64,000 nt of DNA, from contig JAVECO010000094.1 of assembly GCA_051942205.1 (NCBI GenBank), forward strand, positions 1 through 64,000, in the 5' to 3' direction. Below the pieces are notes generated by a model. It did not search any database and was not told where the DNA came from. It worked only from the letters and a program-made list of their open reading frames with translations. The stretch's first letter is position 1. Each line of letters starts with the position of its first letter. The DNA comes from Coniocarpon cinnabarinum (Eukaryota). The position numbers were made by a program, and so were the translations under genes. Positions 11,674-24,080 of this stretch are shown piece after piece.

Positions 11674-14600
11674 TTACAATGTAACGTATCCATCACTTTC
11701 ATCCTCCTCCGTATTCACCTGCTCCCCGCTCCCAAGCGGCATCTTGTTCCATCCTTTCTCCTGACTCAGCCACTCTTGCTCAGCACCCAACACAACCTCG
11801 TTACTTCTCTTCTCATCCTTTCCTTCATCCACAGCGATATCGTGTAGATACTTCTCCGCCACATCCCGCACCTGAGGCACAGTCACATCCAGCAGCCGCT
11901 CTCGCCGCTCCTGTCGCATCTCAGGCGTGACGCCCGACAGGAACTGCGCCATCCCCTCATCACTGACACTCTGTGGCGCGTCGACAGATTGGAAGACGGA
12001 GAGCTTTGCTTCTTCGAGTTCTCGATCTGTCCAGCTACGGCTAGACGCCCAGGCACCAGCACCACGCATGATGCCGAGACTTCGCTGTGCGTCTGGATCG
12101 CGGTAGGATGCGAAGCCGAAAGTGCCTTTCAAAGCAGCAGCATAGGCAGAGCCGCCGTATGCACCGCCCTTCTCTCGGACTTCGGGGTGCATGTATTTAT
12201 GCGTAAGAAGCTGGGCGAGGACAGCAAGCGACGCGGAGTCGGGGTGGACGTAGGGAACGGTGTTCGTCGAAAGGGCCGAGTAGTAGACCTGATACGGGAG
12301 CGGGAAGAACGTCTTCGCGTTGACGGGGTACGGCATTTGCTCTGTTGCCTCCGGAGGTGGTTGGTCGCTCTTCGGGAGACCCTCAATAAAGTTCTGCAGC
12401 GCAGTCTCGTTAGCCGTCGTTGAGTCTGCGCCGCAGGTCATGGCCACACGCATGTCATTTGAGCTCGTCAAAGCGAAATGTTGGATCTCCGCCAGCTTCT
12501 CGGCGACGTCTGAATAACCAGCGGAGGAGGATCGTGAGGCGAAGTCCATGATGAGTCGTACTTGTGTCATGCCGTCGAGTTCCTCGTCGAGACGTGCTTG
12601 GGGCGCTATGCCGGCCTCAGCGAAACGACGGGCGTAGGCGTGACCTGAGTCGGCCACGTCGTTGATGGCTGTGCTTGCTGAGCCTTTGATAAGCTCAGCA
12701 AGCTTGTCTTGGGTGTCACGGCGCGTGAAGTCTGTTTCGGTGACGGCGATGCGGAGCAAGTCGAACATTTGTGGTACGTTTCGATCTAATGCTGTAGCTG
12801 AAACCGCTATCCCCTCGGATGCATGGTTGATGTCCTGGGGAGATGTGACTGAGTGATGTGAGAGCGAGATGCCACCAGTAAAGAATCGCAAAGAGTCTTC
12901 CAATGCTTCGAGTGATAGCGTTCGGGTTCCCAGGCGTTGGATCGCGATCGAGAACAATGGAAGATAAATTCGCAGGTCATCCGGGAGGTCTTTCAGCGGC
13001 TGTATAGCTCGGAAGTACGTCAAACCGTTGGTAGGGGTCTCTCGCCACTGAACAGACGCAGAGCCAGCGGAAGTTGTGAGGTTGCTGTGTCGAACATCTT
13101 TTCGCTCTCCCTGGCGTGGTATGTCACTGACATGCACGGACGGTAACGACGACAGGTCTTCTTTACCACCGCTCTCTTGCACCGAGACAAGTTCTGCTTC
13201 TTGTTTCTCGAGTGCCCTATTGGCTTCTTCGCGTGAGGAGAACGCAGCACTGAACTCATCGATCTTGCTTTGAAGTCTACTTGCTTCTTCGCTCTCCACA
13301 AGCTCGGCGAAGTTTTCTGAAGGCTCCATGATGAATGTAAACGTATTGTCGTTCAGGAAATATCGCTGGAACAAATCCATCAAATAGGCCGGATCTTCGA
13401 TTCTCTTTCGGAACGCGGACAAGATCTCTTCAGGTGCCACAGCTTTCATAGGGTCTGTCCCGTTGAACCAGCTGTCTTGCAATCGAGTCGCGATACCCAT
13501 ACCAAACTCTGCGGTCTTGTGCTTAAGTCCGATTTCAATCTGCTGCAGTCTCCCTTCAATCTTCGCCTTATCGAAGCCTATTCTCTTTACGTGTGCAAGC
13601 GTGTTCACCAGCCCACTTCGCAAGCGTCCAACGTCGTGCTTCTTAAGGCCATTGAGACCCACGGTGAACATGCCCGTCTTGGCCGAAGAGTCGTAGCCGG
13701 TATTCGGACTGTAGGAGGCACCCCATCCAATCTCGATGGTATTTTGATACACTGGCGCTGAAAACCCATCAAGCAGTAGCGACGAGATCATGGCGACCGA
13801 AAAGTTCTCCCGTACGTCTGAACTGTCGCCCATCGTCCAAGTGACTGAAGCTTTGTACTGTTGATCCCGTGGGTATAGCATGTCAATGGGGCCTTTGACG
13901 GTGACGGTCTGGGGTCCATCTCTGAGTGCGATTGGCACCTTCAAGTCCTGATCAACACTAACACGTTCATGCCGGCTCATTTCAGTATTGAGACGTTCGA
14001 GATGACCCTCGACAGGCATATCGCCATACGTCAAGATCCGAGTATTGCTGGCGTTGTAGTGTTCTGCCTGGAACTTCTTCAATTGCTCATGTGTTAGATC
14101 CGTCATCTTTTCAGGATCACCACCTGAGTCATTGATAGCCGGAAAGACATGGTCCTGCCATCGAGTCCGGAATAGATAGTCTGCACTTGACATGTTGCCC
14201 TTCATCTCGTTGTACACGACGCCTTTGAAGACCAATGGATTTTTCTCCGAAGTCTCAGCACTCGAATCTTGGGGACCGATTCGCCATCCTTCCTGCGCAA
14301 AGTCGTGTGACCTCAGTAAAGGATGGAAGGTAGCGTCGAGGTAGACAGATAGCAGATTGTTGAAATCCTGCTTGTTCGTGGTGGCAAAGGGATAAATCGT
14401 ATGGTCTGGATAGGTCATTGCATTCATGAAGTTGTTCAATGATCGCGGCATCATCTTGAAGAAGGGATCTCGAACTGGGTATTTGACGGAACCACATAAC
14501 GTGTTGTGCTCTAAGATATGCGGTACACCTGTGCGGTCTGGCGGATTCGTCTTGAATCCGATTGAAAAGACATTGTTCGGATCTTCCTTCGCCAAATGCA

Positions 14601-14838
14601 GGTATTCGCCACCTGTCTTGTCATGCTGAAATTGCAGTGCTGTGAGCTCAAGCTCCGGCACCTTTTTGACTTGCTTGAGGGTGAAGCCATGTACTTGGGC
14701 GCCTGGCCTGGAGAGGTCTGTAGAGGTGGGCGTTGCTGTTGCATAACCTTTGCTTAGGCTCAACAGGCGCTGCTGTCTCGCAATGCGTTGAAAGGCTCGC
14801 GGTGACACACAAGCACGTCGCGTACTGCCCGAGAACAT
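11674..14838 (-). CDS. CYM1: Mitochondrial presequence protease (pitrilysin family M16C)
   Basis: 1054-aa single exon with Arg-rich presequence, inverted zinc motif HILEH, RDPFFKM, EGWR, GVVYNEMKG and REKGGAYGG. Confidence 0.96.
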   Translation of the reverse strand: MFSGSTRRACVSPRAFQRIARQQRLLSLSKGYATATPTSTDLSRPGAQVHGFTLKQVKKVPELELTALQFQHDKTGGEYLHLAKEDPNNVFSIGFKTNPPDRTGVPHILEHNTLCGSVKYPVRDPFFKMMPRSLNNFMNAMTYPDHTIYPFATTNKQDFNNLLSVYLDATFHPLLRSHDFAQEGWRIGPQDSSAETSEKNPLVFKGVVYNEMKGNMSSADYLFRTRWQDHVFPAINDSGGDPEKMTDLTHEQLKKFQAEHYNASNTRILTYGDMPVEGHLERLNTEMSRHERVSVDQDLKVPIALRDGPQTVTVKGPIDMLYPRDQQYKASVTWTMGDSSDVRENFSVAMISSLLLDGFSAPVYQNTIEIGWGASYSPNTGYDSSAKTGMFTVGLNGLKKHDVGRLRSGLVNTLAHVKRIGFDKAKIEGRLQQIEIGLKHKTAEFGMGIATRLQDSWFNGTDPMKAVAPEEILSAFRKRIEDPAYLMDLFQRYFLNDNTFTFIMEPSENFAELVESEEASRLQSKIDEFSAAFSSREEANRALEKQEAELVSVQESGGKEDLSSLPSVHVSDIPRQGERKDVRHSNLTTSAGSASVQWRETPTNGLTYFRAIQPLKDLPDDLRIYLPLFSIAIQRLGTRTLSLEALEDSLRFFTGGISLSHHSVTSPQDINHASEGIAVSATALDRNVPQMFDLLRIAVTETDFTRRDTQDKLAELIKGSASTAINDVADSGHAYARRFAEAGIAPQARLDEELDGMTQVRLIMDFASRSSSAGYSDVAEKLAEIQHFALTSSNDMRVAMTCGADSTTANETALQNFIEGLPKSDQPPPEATEQMPYPVNAKTFFPLPYQVYYSALSTNTVPYVHPDSASLAVLAQLLTHKYMHPEVREKGGAYGGSAYAAALKGTFGFASYRDPDAQRSLGIMRGAGAWASSRSWTDRELEEAKLSVFQSVDAPQSVSDEGMAQFLSGVTPEMRQERRERLLDVTVPQVRDVAEKYLHDIAVDEGKDEKRSNEVVLGAEQEWLSQEKGWNKMPLGSGEQVNTEEDESDGYVTL

Positions 14839-15176
14839 GGTCGTGCTGTCGAGAGTGCCAAAGGCACCAAAACGCCTTTTCTGTTGAAGCCAATGTATTC
14901 TGAATCAGCGCCACAGGCTGACAATCATCCTGTAGTTCAGAAATGCCTGCTCGTGCCCTCCTCAGCCAGACTCTTACAATCTCGTGTATTTGAAATCAGA
15001 GTGATGCGATCGTATCAGAGGCAAAAAAAGTGATGCCAAGACGAGGTCTCTCGAGTCATGGCGACTGGACTCTTGGGATTAAGTGAAGGAGTTTGCGCCC
15101 CTCAGATTGTTACCTCTAATCTTTTCCTCTTCTCCGAACCAGCAAACACAACAATCTGCTCCATGCAGCTGACGCG

Positions 15177-16992
15177 ATGTCAACCACAACACCGCAAAGC
15201 TCTGCCCCCAACGCTCGACCAGCCCCTGCTGCCGACCATGCAACCCGCAAAGGCAAGGCCAAGAAGTCCACAGATCCTGCTCATACGAGCAAGCAGATTG
15301 AAGACACGATCGCACAACTGGAGAAGAGCAGAGCCGGTGACAAGGAGCAAGAAATGGAGATAGGTATGTCCCGAATCATCCCATATACACGCGCTTGCTT
15401 CAGGCAAATTCGCGGTTTGCAATCAACGACCCTTGATCCGAGGCGCTACGGAGACACTTGTCTCAACGGGTTGTGTTCAGAGTGACTGATCCTACCTGCA
15501 CTCCAGAACGTGAAGTCAAGAAGGCCAACCGCGATCTCTCGAATCTTTTATCCACCATGGAAGCTCCCATGTCTCGCTTAGAAATCGTGCAGCGCAAGTA
15601 CACCGAGTTGTTGGCCGATATGAAGCGAACGGAGCGAGAGCATGTCAAGTCGAAAAAGCGTGCGGATCAATTGCAGAAGGAGAAAGACACTGCGCGGTCA
15701 GAACTTACAAAAATGACGAGCCAGAAGGACCGCCTGGAGAAGCTGTGTCGAGAGATGCAGAAAGACAATAAGAAACTCAAAGATGAGCATCGAGCCTTGA
15801 GTGAGAATGAGACAAAGTTGCGCGAAGAGCTTCACAAACGTCTGGAAGGTCTGGCTTTTGACGTGAAGGACCTGATAGATCACAATGAAAACCCGGAGAG
15901 CACACCTGCGAACATTGAATCTGACGAACTCTTCCGACATAAATTCAAGTCCTTCATCGATCAATACGAGCTGCGCGAGATTCAGTTTTCTTCACTCATG
16001 CGTAATAAGGAGCTCGAGCTGCAATATCAGGTCGCAAGGTCGGAGCAAACGCGAAAAGCGCAGGAAGAAGAGCAGCGCAAGACTCGTCAACTCACAACGC
16101 AGGTTGCAACTTTCTCGCAAACGGAAGCCGAGCTTCGCAGTCAGCTCAACATTTACGTAGAGAAGTTCAAGCAGGTTTGTCGGCCTTGATCACCAGCGCT
16201 GGTCTCCTTTTGCTCATGCTCTAACAGTATAATCAGGTCGAGGATACACTCAATAATAGCAATGAGCTATTCACCACGTTTCGCAAGGAGATGGAGGAGA
16301 TGTCGAAGACGAAGAAAAAGCTTGAGAAAGACAACAGCGCCCTGACTCGCAACAAAGAGCTGACATCGGCCAACGTGTTCCAGATGGCTGAGGAACGTCA
16401 GACGCATCTCAAAGAGCTCGAATTGCTTAGGAAGAAGAATGAGAATCTAGAGAAGCTCTGTCGGGGCATGCAAGCGCAAGGACGAGGCGGTGCCGTGATG
16501 CAACAGGCGCAACAACAGGCACGTCTTGCGCACCAGCAACAAGCCGCTCGCAACGCACAGCAACCATTACAACGTGAAGGCCCTTCTACTCAGCTACATA
16601 ACGGTCAAGCCATGGCACACAGTGCCGGTTCAGATCTCGTGGATGACCTGGATGAGGAAGGTACCGAGTCGGACTATGAGTACGATGACGAGCTGGATGA
16701 GAGCGAAGGCATCGAGTACGAAGATGATGGCGAGGAAGAAGCACACGCACGTGCGGTCCTTCAACACAGCGCTGGAACGAATCCAGGAATGGGCATGAGC
16801 GGCAAGTTGCCAGAGGGTCAGAGAGCTTTGCCGACTTATGGACCCAGTCCTCCCCCTCCAGCGTTACCACCGGATTTCAAGGCAAGGCCTGTCAGTACGC
16901 AGCGTTTGGGCGACACTGCTGGTGATTCTAGAAGGGGTGCGGGTATTCTGGAGGGAGGCAAGCAGGTCGCTGTGAATGGGACAGGCCACTAG
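15177..16992 (+). CDS. Taxilin-family coiled-coil protein
   Basis: Exons 15177-15363, 15507-16174 and 16237-16992. Motifs LEKLCREMQKDNK, LRSQLNIYVEKFKQ|VEDTLNNSNELFTTFRKEMEEM and LEKLCRGMQ. Confidence 0.9.
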
Positions 16993-17340
16993 ACGAGTTC
17001 ACTAGAATCACAATCACAAGTGCTGTAACCGCCATACACATCGATGTGAGATTCTAACGAGTCGCTCATACAGCCTTCGCACCTTCTTGTAGACCTAAGA
17101 AATCAGCGCGCGCGAGAAATAGCCATATCTTGTGGCATGCCATCATTTGAGTGTGGAAGAAGATCGGGCGTTTTCTTACATGCTCAAGGCTTGATGAAGG
17201 ATGATGTAGTGATACCCTGCCAACAACATCTCGTGCCTCTTTTCCGAATTTGGCCAGAAGTAGAGACGCGTCCTCGACGCGTCCATGGCAGTCTGAGTGT
17301 GCTTCATACGTCAGATGATTTCAAAGGTAGCAACGGCGCA

Positions 17341-19128
17341 ATGGATGACGATGCAGAAGAGTTGTTGAGTGCACCTTCGTGAGTAATCAAATTGTCCCAC
17401 CTATTCCGGATAATAATTCAATGAGAAGAATAGTGGTGACCCCCCGACGCCTCTCACTCGCTCATTCTCGACGTATCACCCCCTCCACGATTTCGACTTG
17501 GCCAAAGCCGAAGGCTATCAGCAACAATATGGCGACCTCTATTTCCTACGCCTCGCAAAGATCAAACCTGAAGTGCAGAAAATTGCCTCTGAAGCATGGG
17601 AGGGCTACAGTGTAAGTTGGGCCCTAACCCTCTTATCAGCAACATCAAATGATCTTAGTCAGATTGCTTTTTGTCTCACAAGCAATTCTAGATCGCCGAC
17701 GAGACGGTTCAGCACGTCAACCGCGTCCTTGACGTGAGGCAAGGCACACTCTGCTGGATCACAGGCACCATCTACCTCGACATGCCACTCAAACCCAACA
17801 TCCTTGCCGACATTGCCGCAGACGTGCACATCGCCGCGCCACCACCACGCGAGCGCTACGCCGACCCACGCACAGGCGAAGACAAAGTCATGCTCGAGGA
17901 TGAGTCAGGACGACTCCAACTCACCGAACCTGTAATCTACGACCATCTGCTCGTCACCGGCGTCATCGTTGCCGTCATGGGCACTGAGAATGCCGACGGC
18001 TGCTTTGAAGTCATCGATCTCAAAGTCGCGGGCGCACCATTGCAACCCTCACCATACACTTTCGAGCCCGCTCCCTCTTCTCAACTATCCACAGACGACT
18101 TTCCCAGATCTTCGAAGATCGCACTCGTCTCTGGCCTCCGCCTCACTGGCGACACCGGCAGTACCCTCCCTTACACCCTCCTAGCTGAGTACCTCCTAGG
18201 CGAATCCGCCACCCCATCTCTCCAAAAAAACGCAGCCTCCATCTCCCGCCTCATCATCCTCGGTAACTCCCTCTCGGACTCTAACCCCCTCGGCCTCCGG
18301 GACGACCCCTTTGCGCCCGTCTCCACGGCTTCTGAAAAGAAAAAAGCCGCAGCCCATGCGCAGGCTAAGAAATACGGCTACGACGCCAGCACGTATAATC
18401 CGCGCCCAACGGAGCAGCTTGATAATTTGCTTGCGGAGTTGTTACCGAGTTTACCGGTGACGATCATGCCGGGTGATAGCGATCCTGCGAATGTAAGTCT
18501 GCCGCAGCAGCCGCTTCATCCGGCTTTGTTTCCGAGAGCGAGAGCGTACGCCGATCCGCCTGATCCCAACGCTGCGAATGCGCCTGCGGGGACGATGGGC
18601 GCCAAGAAGAAGGAAAAGGCGCCGCCTAGTTATCCGTTTCATGCTGCGACGAATCCGCTTTCCGCTAGCATCGCGGGAAGATTATGTCTGTTTACTTCGG
18701 GCCAGCCGACTGCGGACGTGGCCAAGTATTTGCCCATAGGCGGTGGCGAGGAGGGCATCGATGACGAAGAACCGAGTCCCTGTGATTTAATGGAAGCGAC
18801 GTTGAATTGGCGGATCATTGCGCCCACGGCGCCGGATACGCTGTGGTGTTATCCGTATCAGAACAAAGATCCGTTTGTTTTGGCTAAAGACCGATGTCCG
18901 GGACTGTACGCTGTCGGGAACGCGAGGGAATTCGGGACGAGGGTTGTGAGGGCGGGTGGATGGGCGAAGGGTCAAATCGGGGACGAAGCAGAAGAAGAAG
19001 AAGAGTTTGAGGCGAGGACACGATTGATTGCTGTGCCGGAATTTTGCAGAACAGGGGAGATCGTGGTATGTGATTTGGAGGATTTGAGCGTGCAGGTGAT
19101 TAAGATTGGAGTGGTGGAGCCTGAATGA
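17341..19128 (+). CDS. POL31: DNA polymerase delta small (B) subunit
   Basis: Three exons. Motifs YQQQYGDLYFLRLAK, MLEDESGRL, LVTGVIVAVMG, MPGDSDPANVSLPQQPLH and IAPTAPDTLWCYPYQNKDPF. Confidence 0.95.
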
Positions 19129-19799
19129 TGCAGGCGGGGTGATGCATGGTATATCATCGATACGCAGTCACGAAACCACAAATGCATATTAAGATAGAAA
19201 ACTGCATAAAAGTTGCGGATGCTAAGTTGCTGTTCTGACTCAAAGCCATGCAGCACAGACCCATCTCAAAATTCTGCATCAATGTGATATCAAACCCATC
19301 AAAACGGATTTGAAGCACCAAAAAAGCAACAATGCGGTAGAAACAACTCCTCAAGATTGCATGCATAAGATCTGCACCATGTCAGCAATTGTAGCTCACT
19401 CAGAAACAGCATTACGAGCCCGAGAATTGTTGCCAAAAGAATGTCCGCAATCGTATAGGCCGGGTAGTCACTAAGCGAACTACACGGTTCTGTTGAATGC
19501 GGTCGCCTCCAGCGCCGTTGCGACATCCGGCCGCGTCACGGTCCTGCAGTGCACGGCTCTGTAAGGGTCTGAATCTAGCACCTCGCCATTTCCGGAACAC
19601 CATTTGTGAGTTGGTGAATGGTTCTGGCGAGGCGCGTGGGGAAAGCAGAAAGCAAGAGAACAAGAAGCAAAATAAAGAAGCTGAAGACTCACTTGCGGGT
19701 GACGCGTATTATTCTTTATGTATGGTATTAATGTGGAAGTGCTGTCATAGATGTGATCCTTACAAGATTGCAAGCGCCAGGTTCGGTCTGCGCATGTGA

Positions 19800-20264
19800 T
19801 CAATCTTCCTCGAATATTCTTGTCATCTCACGGGTTACTGCCGGGCCGGGGTAGTTCATTCTCTCGTGGCGGCGAGTGAGAAATTCGGGATTGTTGAGGA
19901 TCGTCATGAGGGCGTTGAACAGACATTCTCTTGCAAAAAGGATCAGGTTCACTTCGTGATACACGCTACGGGGTGGGAGCGGCTGCTTGTGGAGGTGCGG
20001 AAAGAAGAAATGCACGTATTCCTGCTCGAGATGGATCTGGTAGGTGCCATCAGCGATGGCATCGCGAACCGCTCGCTGTGTTGGATCTTCGTAGTAGCCG
20101 AGCTGCAGCATCAAGTACAGGCATTCCATGTAGCGTTGCAATTCCCAGAACGAGAGAGCCATGAAAATAGAGAGGGCCAGGAGAAGAATGGCTGTTGCGG
20201 GCCCGGTGAGGAGAAAACCCCATCTGAGCATTGAGTAGTGGGTAAGATGGTGGAAGGAGTCCAT
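19800..20264 (-). CDS. Hypothetical 154-aa protein with one N-terminal hydrophobic segment
   Basis: ATG-initiated ORF with protein-like composition and TM-like GFLLTGPATAILLLALSIFMALSFW. No family recognised. Confidence 0.5.
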   Translation of the reverse strand: MDSFHHLTHYSMLRWGFLLTGPATAILLLALSIFMALSFWELQRYMECLYLMLQLGYYEDPTQRAVRDAIADGTYQIHLEQEYVHFFFPHLHKQPLPPRSVYHEVNLILFARECLFNALMTILNNPEFLTRRHERMNYPGPAVTREMTRIFEED

Positions 20265-22120
20265 GATCGACGCGGAAGGTGGAGCTGAGTGTAGATATTA
20301 GGTACTTGTGGCAAATCCTGAGGTTTGACGGTATCGTTGAGCAAGAAGGGTGGGTAGTCTTGACTAGCTGAATGATTGGAATGGAATTGAGATCGTCAAA
20401 GTAGTAGCTAAAAGGCAAGCGTCGCGGCCAGGTGAAAACGCCCAGCCTTTGCAGGCCGTGGTCACGCGCAGACCACCTTGAAGGTGAAAGAAAGTGACAC
20501 CTCACGATGGCACTAGCCCGCATTACATTGTACCATTGCTTGCCACATTACTGCCTTCTTTCTTTTCTCCGGTCTCCTTGCTAGGATCCAGATTTGCATT
20601 ACAGCGTATTGTCTAGATACCACAGGCACAAGAAATGGTCCTTTCATCACGCGCCGCTGTGCTGCGAGCTGTTTCCGCGCATCGGGCAACTTCCCTGATG
20701 CTGCCGCGTTTGAACGGCGGCCTCACACTGCCGTCGCATAGCGTAAATGTTTTGGGGTTTCAAAAAGCACGTGCACTAGCCGAGAAGGATAATAAGAGAG
20801 AGTGCAGAGTATCAATGCGGTGCCCACATGATCCTAGTATCAGACGATGTTGTTCTTCATCAGCAGGAGGTCTTAAAGAGCTCCCAATATATTTCAGTCT
20901 TCAATTTATGACATAGACGCCGTTTATCTCGAGACTTTTCAGAGTTGGGTTTGCGCGTCACAAGCGTGCTTCGTGTGCCCAGTGCCCAGACAAAAGATTA
21001 TGAAACCGCAAACACCGTCTGTATCAATTGATCTGTAGGTATCAGACTATATTTTGACGGGACGGAATGACGTTTCGACTGCAAGCACGCTGGCCATCAC
21101 CGCAGGTAGTGAGAACTTTGCAAAGACTAGCCATCAAGGCCGCAACAGAAGTCGTTAGGGCGAAACGCCAGACCCCTGGCCGCCTTTACTAGGTAGGTAG
21201 AATTTCTCGCAAAGCATGCAAGCTTCACCGCCAAATGCATGGAAGTTTCGAATGCGGCTGAGAGACAAGGTGGATCCCCCTTCCGAGTCAGATAAGGTTT
21301 TTGCCGTTAAGCGACACACGATAGCGGGGCGCAGGTCTGCATCAGGCAACGCAACGTCATCACCGCCGTGGACAACGATCCTTCAGCTAGCCCCAGGCAC
21401 GCCATGTGCAGTCCTTCCATCGACAGGCTGCGGCAGCCTGATGGGGAATCTGTATGGCGAAGCGACTCCGTAGTGGCGCCCGCCCTGTCTTGGCGGGCAG
21501 ACCCGGGGTTGGTGGCTGAGCCACACTCGATGTCATCGCCTGCACTTCCCAGCTCTCGCCCAAGGTTCGCTTTCAACCCAGCTCCAGGTTCCTTCTCACC
21601 ATCCACGTTTTCTCCCTCCGGCTGTTGTCTTGCTCCTTGTCCAACATCCCTTTTCAACATTAGTCCGCCGCTGACACTCGACGTCCTCGCAAATACCCCC
21701 ATTGTGCCCCAGCACCGTCAGACTCGCCCACCGCTTGGCGCCTGCTCTCAATCGCCTCCACCGGCGCGTCATACTCGTATCGTCCCAGCTCCGTGGTGCT
21801 ACACAGGAACAGGGGTTTATTTCAGTGCCGGTAGAGCTGGCAACCGCACCGCAAAAGTACCGTGCACCAGTTCAACCACCGATACCTGTCTTTTGGAGAG
21901 CTGCAGAGTGGGATGCGCCATGTCTGGCGCTTCGTGCTGTTAGTCGAGGGCCGTCCAGTTCGTATACAAGTCTTGGTACGTCTTCTGTCTGCGCAGGTTG
22001 CCCAAGTGTCATCGCATGTGCATCCTGTGACGCTCGAGAGTTGGTGGCTGATTGGCTCTGCAGCACCGATTAGAACGATTCGCGCGACCCACATGAGCTG
22101 TGCAGCAACTGACGCGTAAA

Positions 22121-23983
22121 ATGGCCAGCGTCTCGAGGAATCTCACACCAGTCTCGACTCCGCCGTCTAGTACCAATCCTGCGAAAGCCGTGAATCGCGC
22201 CTCTCCACGATCGAATCATCAACCCTTCAATTCCTCCGCTGCATCACCAAGCCCTCTTAAAGACGCAAAGCAAACACCACCTCCATCATTTCAAGTGCCA
22301 ATTCTCACAGGCGCGGGTGCGATGGCAGAGCAACAGCGGGCGACAGAGCGAGCGTCAAAATCTCCTCATGCCTCGATGACTACGCCGAATCCTGCAGCGA
22401 GTGCGGCGAAGTCGCTGATGGCTGGACCAGAACAACTCGTCAGCAAGACCAGCGATGGCCCGAGTGCAACGCCTGTTGTGAACGGCGACCATCGGTCCAC
22501 GCCCATCACAGATGAGCCCATGCAAATAGACTCACAAACTCGACGAAATAGTACCCGTCCGATCCCAGATAGCGTAACTGATCCAAGGCTCACCGCGCCT
22601 GAAACCAATGACTCTTCCATGCTTTCAGTTCCTGCGGAGCAAGGCGAAGACCAGGGCAGATCGAACAAAGCCTTTTCATACCCCCCTCGAGCAGACCAGA
22701 TAGATGGCAGCGACATTGCAGGGAGAAGCATGACACTCCCAGGTTCAAAGTCATCTTCCAAGCGACACAAGTGCACACACTGCGGCACTGAATTTACTCG
22801 TCATCATAACCTGAAGAGCCATTTGCTGACACACAGTCAAGAGAAACCATTCAGCTGTCCGCGCTGTGATCAGAAGTTTCGTCGACTCCACGATCTGAAA
22901 CGTCACACCAAACTTCACACAGGTGAGAGGCCCCACACATGTGGTAAATGCGGTCGAGCCTTTGCCCGGGGTGATGCACTAGCTCGACATAACAAAGGGC
23001 CCGGTGGCTGTGCCGTTCGTCGAGGCAGCGGCGGTGAAGAGGACCTCGACGGTGAGGACGGCATGGACGGCATCGAGTACGAAGAGAACGACGGCGAACA
23101 AGTGGCCAAACGGCGGAAGTCAGAGCAACACTTGCACAGTCGCAAACGGTCTCTCGGCGCTATCGCCGAGGCATCAAATACCAGGCAGGTCTCCATGACA
23201 TACCCTGGTCCTGGCATCGCTCCGATGGGCAACCACGCGCAGCCGCCACCTCAAATACAACCACAACAGCCTCCGCATCCCATGCATACGCATCTTAGCC
23301 CGCGCATGACTGGTTCGCAATTCGGGTCTCAGGCCTCCGCTGCTCAGTCTGTCTTCTCCCAGGCTGGTGGTATGACTGAGTCGCCGAAACCTCTCTCACC
23401 CGGCCAAGAAGCTACTCGTCGCCTCAGTGCCGCTCTCCCTGTTTCTGGACGTGGTCGCTCACCAAGTCTCCAGCAATCGCAAATGTCTCGCTCCAGTGCG
23501 CTTAACAGCCCCGGCTCGACCACCCTCTCTGGTCCTGTAGGCTCGCAAACGCACCTCCCCTCTCTCAGCAGCATTGCCTCCGACCGCGGTCCTCCCTCCA
23601 GTATCGGCTCCTCCGCCGTTGGTCACTCAAATTCCCACCCCAAACCCACCAGACCCCCTCCCATCATTTCCACGGCGCAAGCCTTCAATCCCCCGGGCCC
23701 TCCTAGTGCGAATTCCACGAATCCGCCGAGCGCCACGAGTCAACATCGCAGTAGTGGCGGTAGTCTCAGAGAGATTGTGAATCCGATGGGCAATGATGAT
23801 TATATGCTTAAGACAGAGCATGAGACGCAGATGCGGAAGATGCAAGATGAGATGCGGCAAAGGGAGTCGTCGCTCTTGAGTCGGTTACGGCAGCTTGAGG
23901 GGGAGAACTTGGCGCTCAAGGCGAGGGATGGACGGGGGAGTTATCCCAGTGTTGACGGCGTGGCTGCGACGCCGACGCAGTGA
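22121..23983 (+). CDS. C2H2 zinc-finger transcription factor (3 fingers)
   Basis: HKCTHCGTEFTRHHNLKSHLLTHSQEKPFSCPRCDQKFRRLHDLKRHTKLHTGERPHTCGKCGRAFARGDALARH, flanked by S/P-rich regions and a C-terminal coiled coil. The start codon is uncertain. Confidence 0.93.
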   Translation: MASVSRNLTPVSTPPSSTNPAKAVNRASPRSNHQPFNSSAASPSPLKDAKQTPPPSFQVPILTGAGAMAEQQRATERASKSPHASMTTPNPAASAAKSLMAGPEQLVSKTSDGPSATPVVNGDHRSTPITDEPMQIDSQTRRNSTRPIPDSVTDPRLTAPETNDSSMLSVPAEQGEDQGRSNKAFSYPPRADQIDGSDIAGRSMTLPGSKSSSKRHKCTHCGTEFTRHHNLKSHLLTHSQEKPFSCPRCDQKFRRLHDLKRHTKLHTGERPHTCGKCGRAFARGDALARHNKGPGGCAVRRGSGGEEDLDGEDGMDGIEYEENDGEQVAKRRKSEQHLHSRKRSLGAIAEASNTRQVSMTYPGPGIAPMGNHAQPPPQIQPQQPPHPMHTHLSPRMTGSQFGSQASAAQSVFSQAGGMTESPKPLSPGQEATRRLSAALPVSGRGRSPSLQQSQMSRSSALNSPGSTTLSGPVGSQTHLPSLSSIASDRGPPSSIGSSAVGHSNSHPKPTRPPPIISTAQAFNPPGPPSANSTNPPSATSQHRSSGGSLREIVNPMGNDDYMLKTEHETQMRKMQDEMRQRESSLLSRLRQLEGENLALKARDGRGSYPSVDGVAATPTQ

Positions 23984-24080
23984 CACCATCTTTGCCGTCC
24001 CGTCTCCTCTCCTCACATCGAACAGGGAAATGTACGATAGTATTTAGTCGCGATTACGTATCAGGTTTCTAAACAACTAG

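Noticed and set aside
19299..19803. Overlapping short ORFs and a GTGAGT donor-like site
   Set aside because: No coherent gene model could be built.
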